Source: Prorocentrum cordatum (Eukaryota). From it: 64,000 nt of DNA. Positions 50,301 through 63,290 of the stretch are shown here, piece after piece; the stretch's first letter is position 1; every line of letters starts with the position of its first letter. The stretch is taken from contig CAUYUJ010000314.1 in the NCBI GenBank assembly GCA_963575745.1, forward strand, positions 1 to 64,000, given 5' to 3'. The translations under genes and the position numbers were made by a program. The notes below the pieces were generated by a model. It saw only the letters and a program-made list of their open reading frames with translations, searched no databases and had not been told where the DNA came from.

Positions 50301-53300
50301 CTTGCCGCCGCCGAGCCTCGGGGCGGGAGACCCGACGGGGGAGAGCGAGGCGCTGTGCCCGCGAGCCGGAGACAGTGCGCGCAGGGTCCAGGCCGAGGCC
50401 CAGGAAGTGCAACAGGGCTTGCCATCATACCGAGAGGCAGCGCGTTCCCAGCGTCGCAGGGGGTGAGTGTTACAGGCCAACGATTGTGGAGGTGCGCGTG
50501 CGGTCGCACTGGAGGTGATTGATGGGGGACGCTGCCCGCGTTGAACTCGCGCGGGCACAGGCGGAGAGAGTGTGCGAGCAAGGGTGGAGAGCCAGGGTGA
50601 CCCACGAGCTTGCCCAACCATTCGCCCAGATCGCCGCGGGTGTCCGCAGCGGGGAACCCGACGGGTGGCGGCCTCGGCAGGAACCTTAGGAGAGAGCGCC
50701 GCTGCGCTTCGGCGAGTGCCTCCTCCTAAGGGTCCTGCGCGCTGCGGGCTGAGCGGGGGGCGGCGTGGCGGAACCGTGGACGTCCGCCCAGGACAGCTCA
50801 GGAAGATAGGCTGTCTCTCCCGCGGCCGGGGCGGGCCTGCCCCGGCTCCCGCTGACCTTCGCGACGAGGCCTGCGTCGAAGGCCCAACTCTGGAGCTTCT
50901 GCAGGCCTGCCTCTCTGGCCGGCGTGGGCCACGGCGCCGCTGCGGATGGCGATGCGTCCGCGTCTGCCACGAGCAAGAGCGGCGCTGCAGCGACGAGGGC
51001 AGTCGGCGTGCCCGAGGATGTTGACGCGCTGGAGCGGGTGCAAGAGGACGGACCAGGTCCGCTTCGCCCCCTCGCATTGTGTTGTTCCAACCTACTTTAG
51101 CTTCGATCGCCAAAGAATTTCGAGCACCAGCGAAGTACCGAAACTCGAGGGTTTTCACGTGCCGGGCCCTGGGAAACACTCGTCCGACACTCTTTCGACA
51201 CCGTTTTGACACTTTCGACACTTTTTCGGGTGCTCGAAATTATTTCGGGGATGTGGCCCTCAAGCACGATGGGAGCAACATAGCCCTTGCATCTGGTCGA
51301 TGGTGTAGGCCCGACACTGGCGCCATCGCTTATCGATGCCACGGAAGGAGCCGAGGGCGCCGCGAGGGCGCGGCGGAGGGCCCTCGCGGACTGCGGGCGG
51401 CGCCGTCGGGGGCAGGCGGCAGCGGCCTCCCCTGGTGGAGGACTTCGACGGGCAGCTGCGGTGCAAGGGCCACCGCCTCTGCGTCCGGCCCCTCGAGGGG
51501 AGGCGTGGCCATCGCCAGGATCCGGCCTGCCTCGCGGGCTCCGCACGGGCTGCAGCAGCTCCGGCCGTGGGCGAACTCCCCCCCCCACAGGACGTGCGCA
51601 GTGAGGAAGCGGTCGCGGTGGCCGACGGGGGAGGCGTGGTGGCCGTCGAAGCGGAGCTGCGGCTGGAGCGGCGCAGCGGGCAACGGGGCGGGCCCCACGT
51701 TGGAAGTCGCAGGGGGTCCAGTCCGCCCCGCCGCCGGGCCCGCAGCGGCAGGAGCGGAGGGGCCACGGGGGGCAACGCCGGGCAACTCGGGCGGAGAGGC
51801 AGCCAGAGGAGTGCTGCGGAGAGCGGGCCAGGACCCGGCCGTGGATGCTGGTGGCATAGGCCAGCGACCAGCCAAACGCCCGCCGCCTCCGTGCAGAGTG
51901 GCGAAGACCGGGCACGGGACGGGACTGATGTCGCCCGGTTGGCCGAAGCAGCCCGCCCAGAGTGTCGGGGTACGGCTGGCCCTCCGCCGTTGGCCGTTGC
52001 AGCCCCGGCGCTCGGCAGGCGCGGGGTCGGCGGGCGCCCCGTTGGCCGGAGCAGCCTGCCAGGGGCGCGAGGGGGCGGCTGGCCCACTGCTGTTGGCCGC
52101 TGCAGCCCGCGCGCCCGCCCTGCCTGGACCTGGTGGTCCGCCTGTGGCCGCGACGGCACCCCCAGTTGGACCGGCACTGGCCTGGGCAGCAGCTGCGGCG
52201 GCTGCGGCCCGTGGGGCTGATGCCGCCGCCCATGGCCCCGCGCCCCAGGCCGCCGCGCAGTTGTCCCGCAAGGGGCCCGCGGCCGTGCTGCAGGAGCCGA
52301 GCAAGCTGGGGCGGAATGGATCCGCGCGCGTCAAACACAGCGAACCCAGACGCCTGGAGGCTCGACGCTGTCGGGGACAGGCGGTGGCCCGACGAAAGAG
52401 GTGACGCAGGCGAACGACCAGATGGCTGTCGCGCAGGAGCCAGAGGCCGCGGAAGGCACGATTGCCCCCACGAGCAGGTGCGCCTGGCCCAGCGTGCGCA
52501 CCGAGAGAGCCTGGCCGCGGCGAGGAGCGGCGCTGGCGCCCAGGCCTTGCTGGCGGGCGGAGGTGAGCCGACGCCGTGCGCCGAGCCTGCCGTTGCGGGC
52601 CAGGCGGATGCTGCGTCGGCGGCGAGTATCTACATGCCTCACCCTCCCTCCCCACTCGTGTTGCCTGCCGCCGCTGCTGCCGATGGGGGTGGGTGGAGGG
52701 CGGGGGCGGAGTTGGTCGCGTGTGACCGGGGCCGCGAGATGGTCACGCGAGTCCGGTGCATTCTGCGCCAGAAGTGCCGGATCTGCGTGCCAGCCACGCG
52801 CGGAGCGAAGAGCCTCGCGGCCGTGTGCGCTGGTCACCTCGCTCCTTGGAGCCAGCGCGCGCCTGCTCCGAAGGGCAGGCGCACTCGGCGTGAGAATCTG
52901 CTGAGTGATTTGCACCCCGCCTCGGGTGCGAGCTTAGGCGCCTGACTCTGGGGGCTCGGGACCTCGGTGGGCTAGCTTTGCGCTTGGGCCGTCCAGGGCC
53001 CTCGGGCTCCTGGGTTTTGGTTGTGGCGCGGGCTCGTGCCCGAGGTGCGCGCCGTCCCGAAGCGGCTCGGCCGCGACAGGCCCCGGTGGCCGCGCCCTGG
53101 GCCCTTCGAGCGGGGGCCCTGTGGAGTCGATCAGGCGCCGATTGGGGTGGGTGCTTCGTATTTTGGGCACCGCAGTTAGCGGCGTAGTCTAGGCTTGCTG
53201 CTGGGCGCGGCTCGCAGGGCGTCCGACGCACGCGCCCGCACATACGCGGCCACACACACATAGACACACGCACGCACGCACGCACACGCACACACACACA

Positions 53301-53359
53301 CACACACATTTATACGCACACACACACACATGCACGCACACATACACATACACATACGC

Positions 53360-53396
<37 letters not shown>

Positions 53397-53497
53397 TACG
53401 CATACGCATACACATACACATACACATACGCATACACATACACATACACACAGTCATATACATACACATACACATACACATGCACATGCACATGCAC

Positions 53498-53554
<57 letters not shown>

Positions 53555-53865
53555 TCCACATCCACATCCACATCCACATCCACATACACATACACATACA
53601 CATACGCATACACCTATTTCTACACCGACACCTACACCTACACCTACACCTACACCTACACCTACACCTACACCTACACCTACACCTACACCTACACCTA
53701 CACCTACACCTACACCTCCACCTCCACCTCCACCTCCACCTCCACCTCCACCTCCACCTCCACCTGCACCTGCACCTGCACCTGTACCTGTACCTGTACC
53801 TGCACCTGCACCTGCACCTGCACCTGCACCTGCACCTGCACCTACACCTACATCTACATCTACAC

Positions 53866-53896
<31 letters not shown>

Positions 53897-54404
53897 TGCA
53901 CATTCACATTCGCACTCACACTCACACTCACACACACTCAGACGCAGACACAGACACATACACACGTACACGTACACACATGCACATTCACATATACATG
54001 CACGTACGCATACACATACACATACATATACATATGTACACACGTTGCTAAATTTCGGCACACACCCCTCGCACGTTTCGTGGCCACACAGGGAGCTCCA
54101 CCGAAGGCACCAGCGGTTGGGTTCACATGGTGAACCGCCCCACTTCGGCAGACCCTTCATTCCTTTCGTGGCCCCATAGGGAGCTCCACCAAAGGCCCCA
54201 TTGCCCCGCCCCGTGCTTGCAGATGTTTCAGTGCGTTCCTGCGCATTGAGCGGTCCTGCACATAGTCGCCACGTGTAACACAGGGTCGGGTGCTTCGCCA
54301 GGGTACTTTGTTATTCGGGCCCGCAGGTAGCGGTTCCCACGTTCATCACGGGGATGATCACGATGAACTTCGGGCAGTGCTTGGCCCGTTACAAGCACGT
54401 GTGA
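38676..54404 (+). CDS. Multi-exon host gene for a four-TM, Cys-rich-loop (tetraspanin-like) membrane protein, ~291 aa. Exons 38676-38758 (tentative), 41026-41404, 44090-44191, 44656-44760, 49450-49578, 54327-54404
   Basis: The exons splice in frame with AG acceptors and GT/GC donors. Three hydrophobic helices, then IQTWVVADSLWYSCG...FQ|AECIEE...QCPG...YLK|DIELDYSCQGFC...SCAAAIG...FGAW|VAVPTFITGMITMNFGQCLARYKHV*. The first exon and exon-2 borders are less certain. Confidence 0.7.
42485..42684. mobile_element. 200-bp MITE inserted into the 89-bp satellite
   Basis: TIRs CATCACTCGTCGAAATTGAGCGCAAGTTTT / AAAACTTGCGTTCAATTTCGACGAGGGTTG plus an inner IR. The satellite unit resumes on both sides with an apparent 2-bp CA duplication. 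Confidence 0.75.
45200..47200 (-). pseudogene. Possible decayed retroelement ORF1-like region in an intron
   Basis: Minus-strand frame MVNTWRCQACSIDVKNCHK followed by coiled-coil-like and Q/P-rich segments, broken by stops. No RT or endonuclease motif recognised. Confidence 0.3.
47426..49205. mobile_element. Non-autonomous TIR element with subterminal CTTTACAACCAG repeats
   Basis: ~60-bp imperfect TIRs (47434-47491 vs 49143-49199) built of ACTTTACAACCAG units. Internal 30-bp and ~46-bp tandem repeats. CCTGCTCCTC on both flanks. Confidence 0.7.
53240..54040. repeat. Compound hexamer microsatellite (CATACA/CACCTA/CACCTC/CACCTG)
   Basis: Directly visible. Confidence 0.9.
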
Positions 54405-56817
54405 GGGCGGGACGATGCGCACCTGACTCGGTGCCGGCACGCTCGGCGGCAGTGGAGCGCGACCGAAAAAGATGCGACCAAGCGTCGCCTTTCGGCATGT
54501 CCTGTCGGCCTAGGGGGAAGAGGACGAGGAGAGGGAGGGGTAGGAGTAGGAGGACAAGGGAGGATGGGGGATGAGGAGGGATGGGAAACGATTGGCGACG
54601 ATGTAGAGGAGGAAGAGGAGGAGGAAGACGAGGAGGAGGGGGAGGAGGAACGAACGAACGAACGACTCTGCAGAGGCGTGTCAGCTGATCCTACCGTGAC
54701 GCTGGGACTTCGAGACAATCATAATCCAAAGCCCCGCTTCTAACTCGCTTCTGGAGGGCGCAGTGACGAGGAGGGTTCCCGCCACGCGTGGCACTAAGTG
54801 CACTCTTGCTCCCGCCCGCCCCCTGCCTCGGCTGGAGGGCCCACAGTTTCAAAGGCGGGGCACGACCGTAGGGTCGCGGCGAAACTGGGAGGTTAAAGAC
54901 AGCAGACTCAGGCTCCGACGCCTCGGGACCCCCGAGGAGGCGAGGCCGCGGCAGGCAGACGAGAGAGGAGGATGAGGCCCTCCAAGGGGCCCAAGAGAGC
55001 GGAGGGGAGGACACGCGAGGGCCCCAAGACGCGGAGGGGGACGGCCCTAAACCGGGCGAGCACTTTCCAACTAAGATAATGGCTACAGACCAGATGGAAG
55101 CTCAGGCCTGTACAAGCCCCAACATGGGCTCAAGTCAAAAAGTTAGAACTGATGTTCACCAATCATTTCTCCTAAGGCCGAGGAGCCCAAGGATGCTGCT
55201 GAGAGGGAGGGTGTTCGGAGGACCAGAAAATCACATTTTGAAAAGGAGCAGCCCTCCACTTGTGCAACTGCTGAATGCCGGAAGCACTCCTGCCGCTTGG
55301 AGGGCGCGGGCCTCGTCTGTGGACGTGAGGCCGGCGCCTTCTGAGCAGCAGCCTCCGTCCAAGAAGCCTTCCCCCGCTCCCCCCCCGACCCCCGTGCGCG
55401 CGCCGCCACGGCTGGCCGTGGCGCGCTCGGCCGGGCGCGGCTGGCCCGGCGCTGACCCGCCTGTGCGCTGGTGCGTCGCATGCCGCGGGCGTGGCCGCGT
55501 CGGCCTCCCCGCCCACGGCGTCGCCGCGCAGCGCGCTTCACAGTACCTCTCAGTGTCGCATTTCGCCTGCAGCTTCCTCGTCTCCCGCCCCCCCTGCTGC
55601 TGCGCGCTGCTCGCCGTGGCCTCCCTCCTGCCTGCCCGGCGGCCTCCTCTCTCGTTCGCGCCCTCCCGCTCCCCGTGCGGCTCTCGGGTCTCCCTCTCTC
55701 TCTCCTCCTCGCCGTCCGCTCCTCCTCCCCGCTCTTGCCGCTGCCGTCGACGCGTGGCGCCCGGTTTTCCCCATCCCCCGGCTGCGCGGGCCTGCGCCAC
55801 GGCGCCCAGGGGCTCGGGGCTGGCGCTGCGCACAATGGGTCGAAGACTACACAGCCTCTCCGAGGTCCCCTCGGAGGCTCGTGCCGCGCGACTAGAGCAG
55901 GTGCGTCGACCAGCTCGTGCTCCTCTTCGGCCTCTCCGTCCTTTCACCCTCGTGGGCAGCTGGCCCTGCTCGCGCGCCGAGCGACGAAGGCGATGCACTG
56001 GTGATAGTCAGGATCAGCCGGCATCGGACTCCATGCGATTCTCACTTGGCTCGCTTTGCCCGGCCAGCAGCCGGTCTGGGGGGGGGGTCTAGAAACTGCT
56101 CGCCAGGGAGGGTTGTGACCCCCTTTTTTATGGAAGTCGGAGCCGAATGACTTGCTGACGACCTATTGCAGTGATGTGACCCTCCTTTTACCATGAAAGT
56201 CGGAGCCGAACTACTTGCTGACAGCCTGCTGCAGTGATGCTGGCCGCCTGTGGCCTGGCTCTTCTGTCTCGGCAGGAGGCGCCGTGCAGGTGTAAAGCGC
56301 GGTTCCGCCCTCTCCCCCTCCCTCCTCGCCGGCTCTGCTTCTCTTCGTGCCCTGCTTCGCACGGTGACGTCTCCGGCAACGAGTCATTGAAGCGCGTTCC
56401 TCAGGGCGCGCTTCGGCGGCCCGCGGGCCGGATCTCCCAGCTGACATGCCAGGCTGTCGGTGTGCCTCTGTGGCCCCTGACCCTGGGGGCGCGTGAGGCG
56501 CCGGGGCCTCCCCCCTCCCCCCCCGGGCAGGCACACTTCGGACCCCCGCCCCTGCCCGGGAGCTCCAGCTCGGCAAGCGCAGCTGTCGCTGGCGGGGAGG
56601 GAGGAGAGGCACGGCTCATGCGTGACGTCGACCCTCGACCCTCGACCCTCGACCCTCGATCCTCGATCCTCGAAGCCTGGGGGCGCCGGGGGCGCCGCGG
56701 CCCCCCACCCCCCCCGAGTGCGGCCAAGAGAATGCTGTGGGGGCGCTTGGCGTCGGCTGGGGGAGGAGCCCCGAGGGCCTTCAAGTCCAGAGGAGGACGA
56801 CGACGACGACGTCGACG

Positions 56818-56856
<39 letters not shown>

Positions 56857-57496
56857 TAGACGACGCGGAGACGAGGACACTGGCTCCCTGCCCGACTCGG
56901 GGACGACGACGGGGCCGAGAATAGCTCGTGGGTGGGCAATGGACGTATCCAGAGGCGCCCATGGCCCACGTCTTCGGCGACGCTCCCCGGCGAAGACGTG
57001 TACAAGACCCGCCCCTGGACTATATTCGCCCCCCTCGTCACCCCCCTTGGAGGCCTGGAAAATGGGCACCAACACCAACACAAGGGGATTGCCTCCACAG
57101 GGGGAAGATGATCCTCGATTTCGGTGTTGGTGGTAATACGTCGGTCACCTTGGCAGCCAGAATACTACCACCACCTCCGAGATCGGGATTCCTCCTCCCT
57201 CGGTGGAGGCACACCGCCGACATTGGTGTTGGTGTCAACCTCTGGGCCTGTCGCCCCGCCCCTTCCCGAGGCCGCGACCCCTCGTCAAAAACCCCGGGAT
57301 CCGCGCCCCCGACGCTCCTGGGCGCTCCCCCCGCCCTCCGCGCTGCAGGGGCGCCCCTCCAGGCGCTCCGCGGGCCCCCCCCCCCCCGCGGGCCGCCCCC
57401 CGGGCGCTCCTCCCGGCGCTTCCAGGCCCCCGACGCGCTCGCAAGGCGCTGCCCGAAGGCTCCTTGCCCGATGCCCGCCGTCGTCGCCGTCGTCGT

Positions 57497-57568
<72 letters not shown>

Positions 57569-57831
57569 TGGAGCCGCGGCGCAAACCGCTCGGTACCTCC
57601 AGGGGCCGCGCGGCCCGCCGCGCGCTGCGCGCGGGCGGCCCCTCTCGCGCGCGCGCGCCCGTCCGCCCCCCCCCTCCTCCCCGCCGAGGGGCGCTCCGGC
57701 CCCGCGCGCGCGGTGGCCCCCCCTCGGCGGCGGGCCACCCGCCCAAGCGATGGCCCGCGTGACGATCGACCTCGTGGAGGGCATCACCGAGGCGCGGCTG
57801 TGCGCAGGAGTAAACCCTCCCGACAGGGGGC

Positions 57832-57971
57832 CAGACGCGAACCCTACCCCTACCCCCCCACGATTTCTGAGGGGGAGGGTGGGGTTCACTTCGCTCGGGA
57901 GCTCCCGAACGGAGTGAACCCCACCCTCCTCCCTAAGAAATCGTGGGGGGTAGGGGTAGGGTTCGCGTCTG
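57832..57971. repeat. 140-bp near-perfect loopless palindrome
   Basis: CAGACGCGAACCCTACCCCTACCCC...GGGAG|CTCCC...GGGGTAGGGGTAGGGTTCGCGTCTG, centred at 57901/57902. Confidence 0.9.
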
Positions 57972-60029
57972 TCCACCCATCCCGAGGACCCTCGGGACGC
58001 GCGTGGGCCCCAGCGTGTGTGCCGGTCACCCCCCGCTCAGCTCCGCCGGTGGCGCGCAGCTGGTGTTGGCCCTCGTGGCGCCGCGGGCGTCGCATGGAAG
58101 GGCTTCGGTGGGCAAGCACACCTTGGCGCTGACGCACGCTCTGAGGATCCTCGACCCTTTGCCGGAGTGACCTCTGGTGCGGGCCCTCTGGGGTCCCCGG
58201 AGTTCGCCGAACGCGACGCGACAGCAGTGGCGTCTTGCGCGCTCAGGTTTCTCGGCGGCGAGCGAGGGGGGGGACGTGAGAAGGGGGCGGGCCTTCTAAG
58301 CCTTCCTCGAAGGTGCGCAAAGCCTCTCAGAAGGCGCGAGGGCTTCTGAGAAGTCCGGCCGCCTTCTGAGAAGGCCTTTTATTTCTCACTTCCCCCCTCG
58401 CTCGCCGCCAAGTTTGCCCCCCCCTCTCCCATCCCCGCGCCCCCCGAAAGCCGCGCACCAGAGATCGCTCTTGCCCGGGGTCGCTCCTGCGTGCAGCCGA
58501 GAGGCGAGCAGCCGCATAGGCGCCCCCCCCGCGCGCGCGCCCTGCAGGGGCAGGCTCGGGGAGGGGGCCTCGGGCCCCCGTCGCCCAAGGATCACCGCTG
58601 TGGGGTCTGACAGCCCCACCCCGCCCAGGAGAGGGGCCTACCGCCGATCTGTCGGCGATGCATCGCCCATTCGAGGTCGATGTATTCCCCCCCCCCCCTC
58701 CCTGAGCCAGTCCCTGGGCCGATCCCCCCCTCTCGTTGGCCCTCAGCCCTGCACGCGCCTCCGACGCTGAAATCAGGACCGCCTCGGGCTCGTGGGCTCA
58801 GGAGGGGCTCTGTTTCTCGGGCCGTTCCTTAGATCTAGAGGGCGATGGCCCGCGTGACGATCGACCTCGTGGAGGGCATCACCGAGGCGAGCAGTCGCAT
58901 TGGCGCCCCCCCCCCCCAGGCGCGCGCCCTGCACTCCAGGCCTCCCATATGGGGTCCGAGCAGATGGGGTTGGAGGATCGCGCCGCATCGACGATGCATC
59001 GCCGATGCGGCTCGATGCGGGGCCCGACGTTCTCTACGCCGACGGCGCCAGCGTATCACCGATGCATCGGCGATGCATGCGGCGCGATCCTCGGACCCTC
59101 TGCTCCTCTGACCCCATGCGCGCGGCCCCGATGCCAACATGAAGACCGCCTTGGGCCAGGGTGGGCTCCGGTTTTCGGGCCGTCCGTGAGATCTGGAGGT
59201 CGGGCACTTTATAGCTCAGCGTTCCGCTCCGCCGGTTCTGGCCCGCCACGCTTCGGCGGGACCGCCGCCGCGACGCGCTATGCAAACATCACTGGCCGTA
59301 TTCGTGGCCGAGGCTCGCCGTGACCAGAAAAGGCCCATTCGTTCCTTCGTTCCCCCGTCAGTATTCCTCCTGGTAGCACGATGGCTGTGCCGCCCCCCCC
59401 CTCGCGCGTTCTGCATGCACTCTGGCCTCTCGTCTCCGCCCGTTGGTTCAGCCCTGCCCCAGGGGTTTCTGCCAATGGGGGCTAATTCGCGAACCCGACT
59501 GACAGTCCGTGCTAATCCTGCCCCATCTCCCCCTCTCGCCTCCCTCCTTGTCGCCCTCTCCCTCTACCCTCCCGCTCCTTCTGCCTCCGTCTCTGCCTGC
59601 GCCCCCTGTCTCCACATCTGCGCGTGCCTCTTCCTTGGCCCTTCACTCCCCCCCTGCTTTTGCCTCTGCCTCTGCCTGTCCCTCTGCCCCACTTCACTGC
59701 TGTCTCTGCCCTCTCCCTCCGCTTCTGCCTCAAGGTTTTCCACCTTCACTTCCACCTCCACTTCACCTTCAACTTCCCCCTGCACCTGTACACGTACCTG
59801 TACCTGGTTTCTGGTACCTGGTTTCCCTCCCCCCCGTACCTTCGGAGGAGGAAGAGGGAGCAGCTAAACGAGTAAATAGGGGATGGTGGTCGCGAATGTT
59901 AATGATGACGACGATGATCGCGATGGTCATGATAATGGTGGTGATGATGGTGATGATGACGATGACGATGACGGCGAAGTTGACAATGATGATAATGGCG
60001 ATTATGGTGATGATGACGGTTGTGTTGCG

Positions 60030-60267
<238 letters not shown>

Positions 60268-61329
60268 ATGAGGATGAGGATGAGGATGAGGATGATGAGG
60301 AGGCCGCTGGCGAAGATGACCTGGGTGATGCTGCTGCTGATGGTTGTGATGTCCACGACGACGATGATGGTGGTGGTGGCGATGGTCAAGGTGGTGATGG
60401 TGGTGGTGGTGGTGGTGGTGGTAGTGGTGAGGAGGAGGAGGAGGAGGAGGAGGAGGAGGAGGAGGAGGAGGAGGAGGAGGAGGAGTGCGGGGAGGAACAG
60501 GACGGGAATACGGAGGAGAGGAGGAGGACGAGGGGCAGCGGCGCGGGCTGTGCTCCGGCTCAACCGCGTGCTCGAGGCAGTACGCAGAGCGCCGCCTCGC
60601 CCGCAAAGAAAGCGTGCACCCGCCGCCCCGCCAGCGCCGCGCGCGCCGATGACGAAGGCGCGCCTGCTCGCCATGGGCGGCGGCGGGTCCCGAGGGAAGC
60701 AGGTCCTGAGGTTTCTCGCCGGTCTCGGGCGCTCGGGGCCCTCCACGGGCCCCTGGGGCTGTCAGAAAGCGCCTCGGGATGAAGAGTCCTCCTGGGGGAA
60801 GCCCCCAGGGTCCAGGACCCGTTTCCCCTCAGGACCCGTTTCCCCCTATGCTAATTGTATCCCCATCGGCGGTCCAGGGGTGGTGCCCCGAGGGATGGGG
60901 ACCTGAGGATCGGAGGGCATCCAAAGGCGGATCTGCGCTGTTTGAGGCGCTTCGTCCTCAGGACCCCCTGCCTCAGGGCCCCATCTCTGAGCCACCGATC
61001 CCCCGCTCCTCGCGGCGCCCTCCTCCTCCTCCTCCTCCTCCTCCTCCTCCTCCTCCTTCGTCCCTCCTCCTCCTCCTCCTCCTCCTCCTCCTCCTCCTCC
61101 CTCCTCGCTCCTCCTCCTCCTCCTCCTCCTCCTCCTCCTCCTCCTCCTCCTCCTCCTCCCTCCCTCCTCCTCCCGGGCGCAGGCCCTCGGAGCTCCGCGC
61201 CGAGTGGTCCGAGCGGCGCACGGGCCCCGCGGGCGGCGCCTTTCGAGGTGCCGCCTCCCGGGAGCGCGGAGCGCGCCAGCGGGGCGGTGCAGCCCAGAGC
61301 CAACTCGGCGCAGAGGTCGGAGCATCTGC

Positions 61330-61494
61330 TGCTGGGCCTGTTTTCCACCACCACTACCATAAGTTGGATGGGGGGAAGGAAGAGGAGGCCGAGGAGGAGG
61401 AGGAGGAGGAGGGGGAGGAGGAGGAGGAGGAGGAGGACGAGGATCCCCCTCCCCCTCCAACTTATGGTGGTGGTGGTGGAAAACAGGCCCATCA
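61330..61494. mobile_element. 165-bp MITE with ~45-bp TIRs around a (GGA)n core
   Basis: TGCTGGGCCTGTTTTCCACCACCACTACCATAAGTTGGA / TCCAACTTATGGTGGTGGTGGTGGAAAACAGGCCCATCA, with TCTGC duplicated on both sides. Confidence 0.75.
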
Positions 61495-62599
61495 TCTGCA
61501 GTCCACGCGCCGAGTGAGGTCGCGCGCCAGCATCTGGGGTGCGCTTGCGTCCCTGCCTCTGCGGCCTGTCCTTTGCCGTTCTCTCTGGTCGCGCGCCGCC
61601 CCAGAAAGATCCCAACTTCGGCCCTCAAGGGACTTGCGTCCTTACCACCCGTCCGTGATACACGCTTGACCGTGCGTTTATGCAATTCTTTCCTCTCCTA
61701 GCTCCCTGGACCTTTTCGTCGTCCTCGTGTCGTCGTCGTCATCGTCGTCGTGCTCCTCCTTCGGCATCCCTCCCTCCTCCCTCCCTCCCTCCCTCTTCCT
61801 GCTGCTGCTTCTGCTGCCTCCGTCCCAGTTTCGGCTCAGGCTTTGCGAGTGCCAGGCTGGGGGGGCAGCCACACCACTCGTGCCTGCCAGGGCGGGGACC
61901 ATCGCGCCTTCCGAGGAGGCATGGCATCGGCGGGCGCGCCGCCAGCGTGCCAGCGCGCGCTGTCTGCGTCGCGCCTGGAGAGGGGTGCCTCCAGCAAAGT
62001 GGCGGACGCGGCTGCTCCGGGCAGCCGGTTTTCTGGACACCGATCACGGGGTCCAAGGCTGGGAGGATGGCGCCCGAGGCTCCGGATGGCGTCGAGCCCG
62101 ATGGGTTGTGCAACGGGTGTGTGGTCAGGAGCTCCCCGTTCCGCAACCACGGCAGGAGGGTGGAGTGCGCGGGGGGACACGGCCGCCCCGAGGGCAAGTG
62201 CGGGGCACGCCCTGTCGAGGCGCCGGCCGCGCCAGCCCGCGCATGCGCGCGCGCGCAGCGGCCAGGTGGTTTGGCGCGACCGACGAGGCCGCGGTGGTGC
62301 TGACGGCTCGGCACATCCCAGCGGGCACTTGAGTGCGAGCTGGCGGCTTGGGCAGGCGCGGTATCATGGCAACGTCGACACGTGTAGACACGACGACGAT
62401 GATAGTGACGATGTTGGTGACGAGAACTGTAGACACGGTGACGATCATAGTGTGATGACGGCGCCGATGCCGATCACGCCGACGACGATGACGGCGTCTT
62501 CGCGTCGGTGATGAAGGTTTTGGGAGGAATTCTCAATTCGCGCGCGACAGACGCGCGAGAGTGGCTCGCATGGTGTTATTTGACACGGATCGTGCCACC

Positions 62600-62946
62600 C
62601 CAGCACGCGCGCAAGGACGTTCGAACGATTTCGACATGCGCGCGCGCGAAGCCCGCTTGGTATTGAACAACTTACGGTTTTTCTAAGAGTTCGCAGGAGC
62701 GCGCGAGCACGCTTTTGTTGAACATCCGTGTTGCGAAAAAAACCTTGTGTGTTTCGTATGTTGTTTGGACACTCGATTTTGTAACCCTTTCCGAACCCGA
62801 TGGTTTTGTTTTGAAGGATTTAGGCATGCGCGCGCGACGACGCGCGCGTGTGCACTTCGTCCCGTTTTTTGCAAGGGATTCTCGCGACGGCACGCGCGCA
62901 AGGGCGTTCGGACGATTTCGACATGCGCGCGCGCGAAGCCCGTTTG

Positions 62947-63011
<65 letters not shown>

Positions 63012-63290
63012 ATAGAAATATGTTTTTGCGGAAGAGCTGAAACACTTAATGTTTCGTCAAGAACTCGCAAGAGCGCGCGCACGCTTTTGTTGAACATCCG
63101 TGTTGCGAAACTCGTACATACATACATATATATATATATATATCTGTTGGACACTCGAGTTTTAAATCCTTCCGAAACCGAGAATGTGAAGGATTTCGGC
63201 ATGCGCGCGACGACGCGCGCGTGTGCACTCATTTGTTGCAAAGAATGGTTGAAAATATTTGGATAAATGAGTGCGCGCGCACAGTTTTCT
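62600..63290. repeat. Diverged tandem duplication of a CGCG-rich non-coding unit
   Basis: GCACGCTTTTGTTGAACATCCGTGTTGCGAAA at ~62707 and ~63079. CGATTTCGACATGCGCGCGCGCGAAGCCCG at ~62626 and ~62913. Confidence 0.75.

Noticed and set aside
51079..52945. Overlapping 300-440 aa ORFs on both strands
   Set aside because: Very GC-rich, with Ala/Arg/Gly/Pro-biased translations and no recognisable motifs. They lie within an inferred intron.
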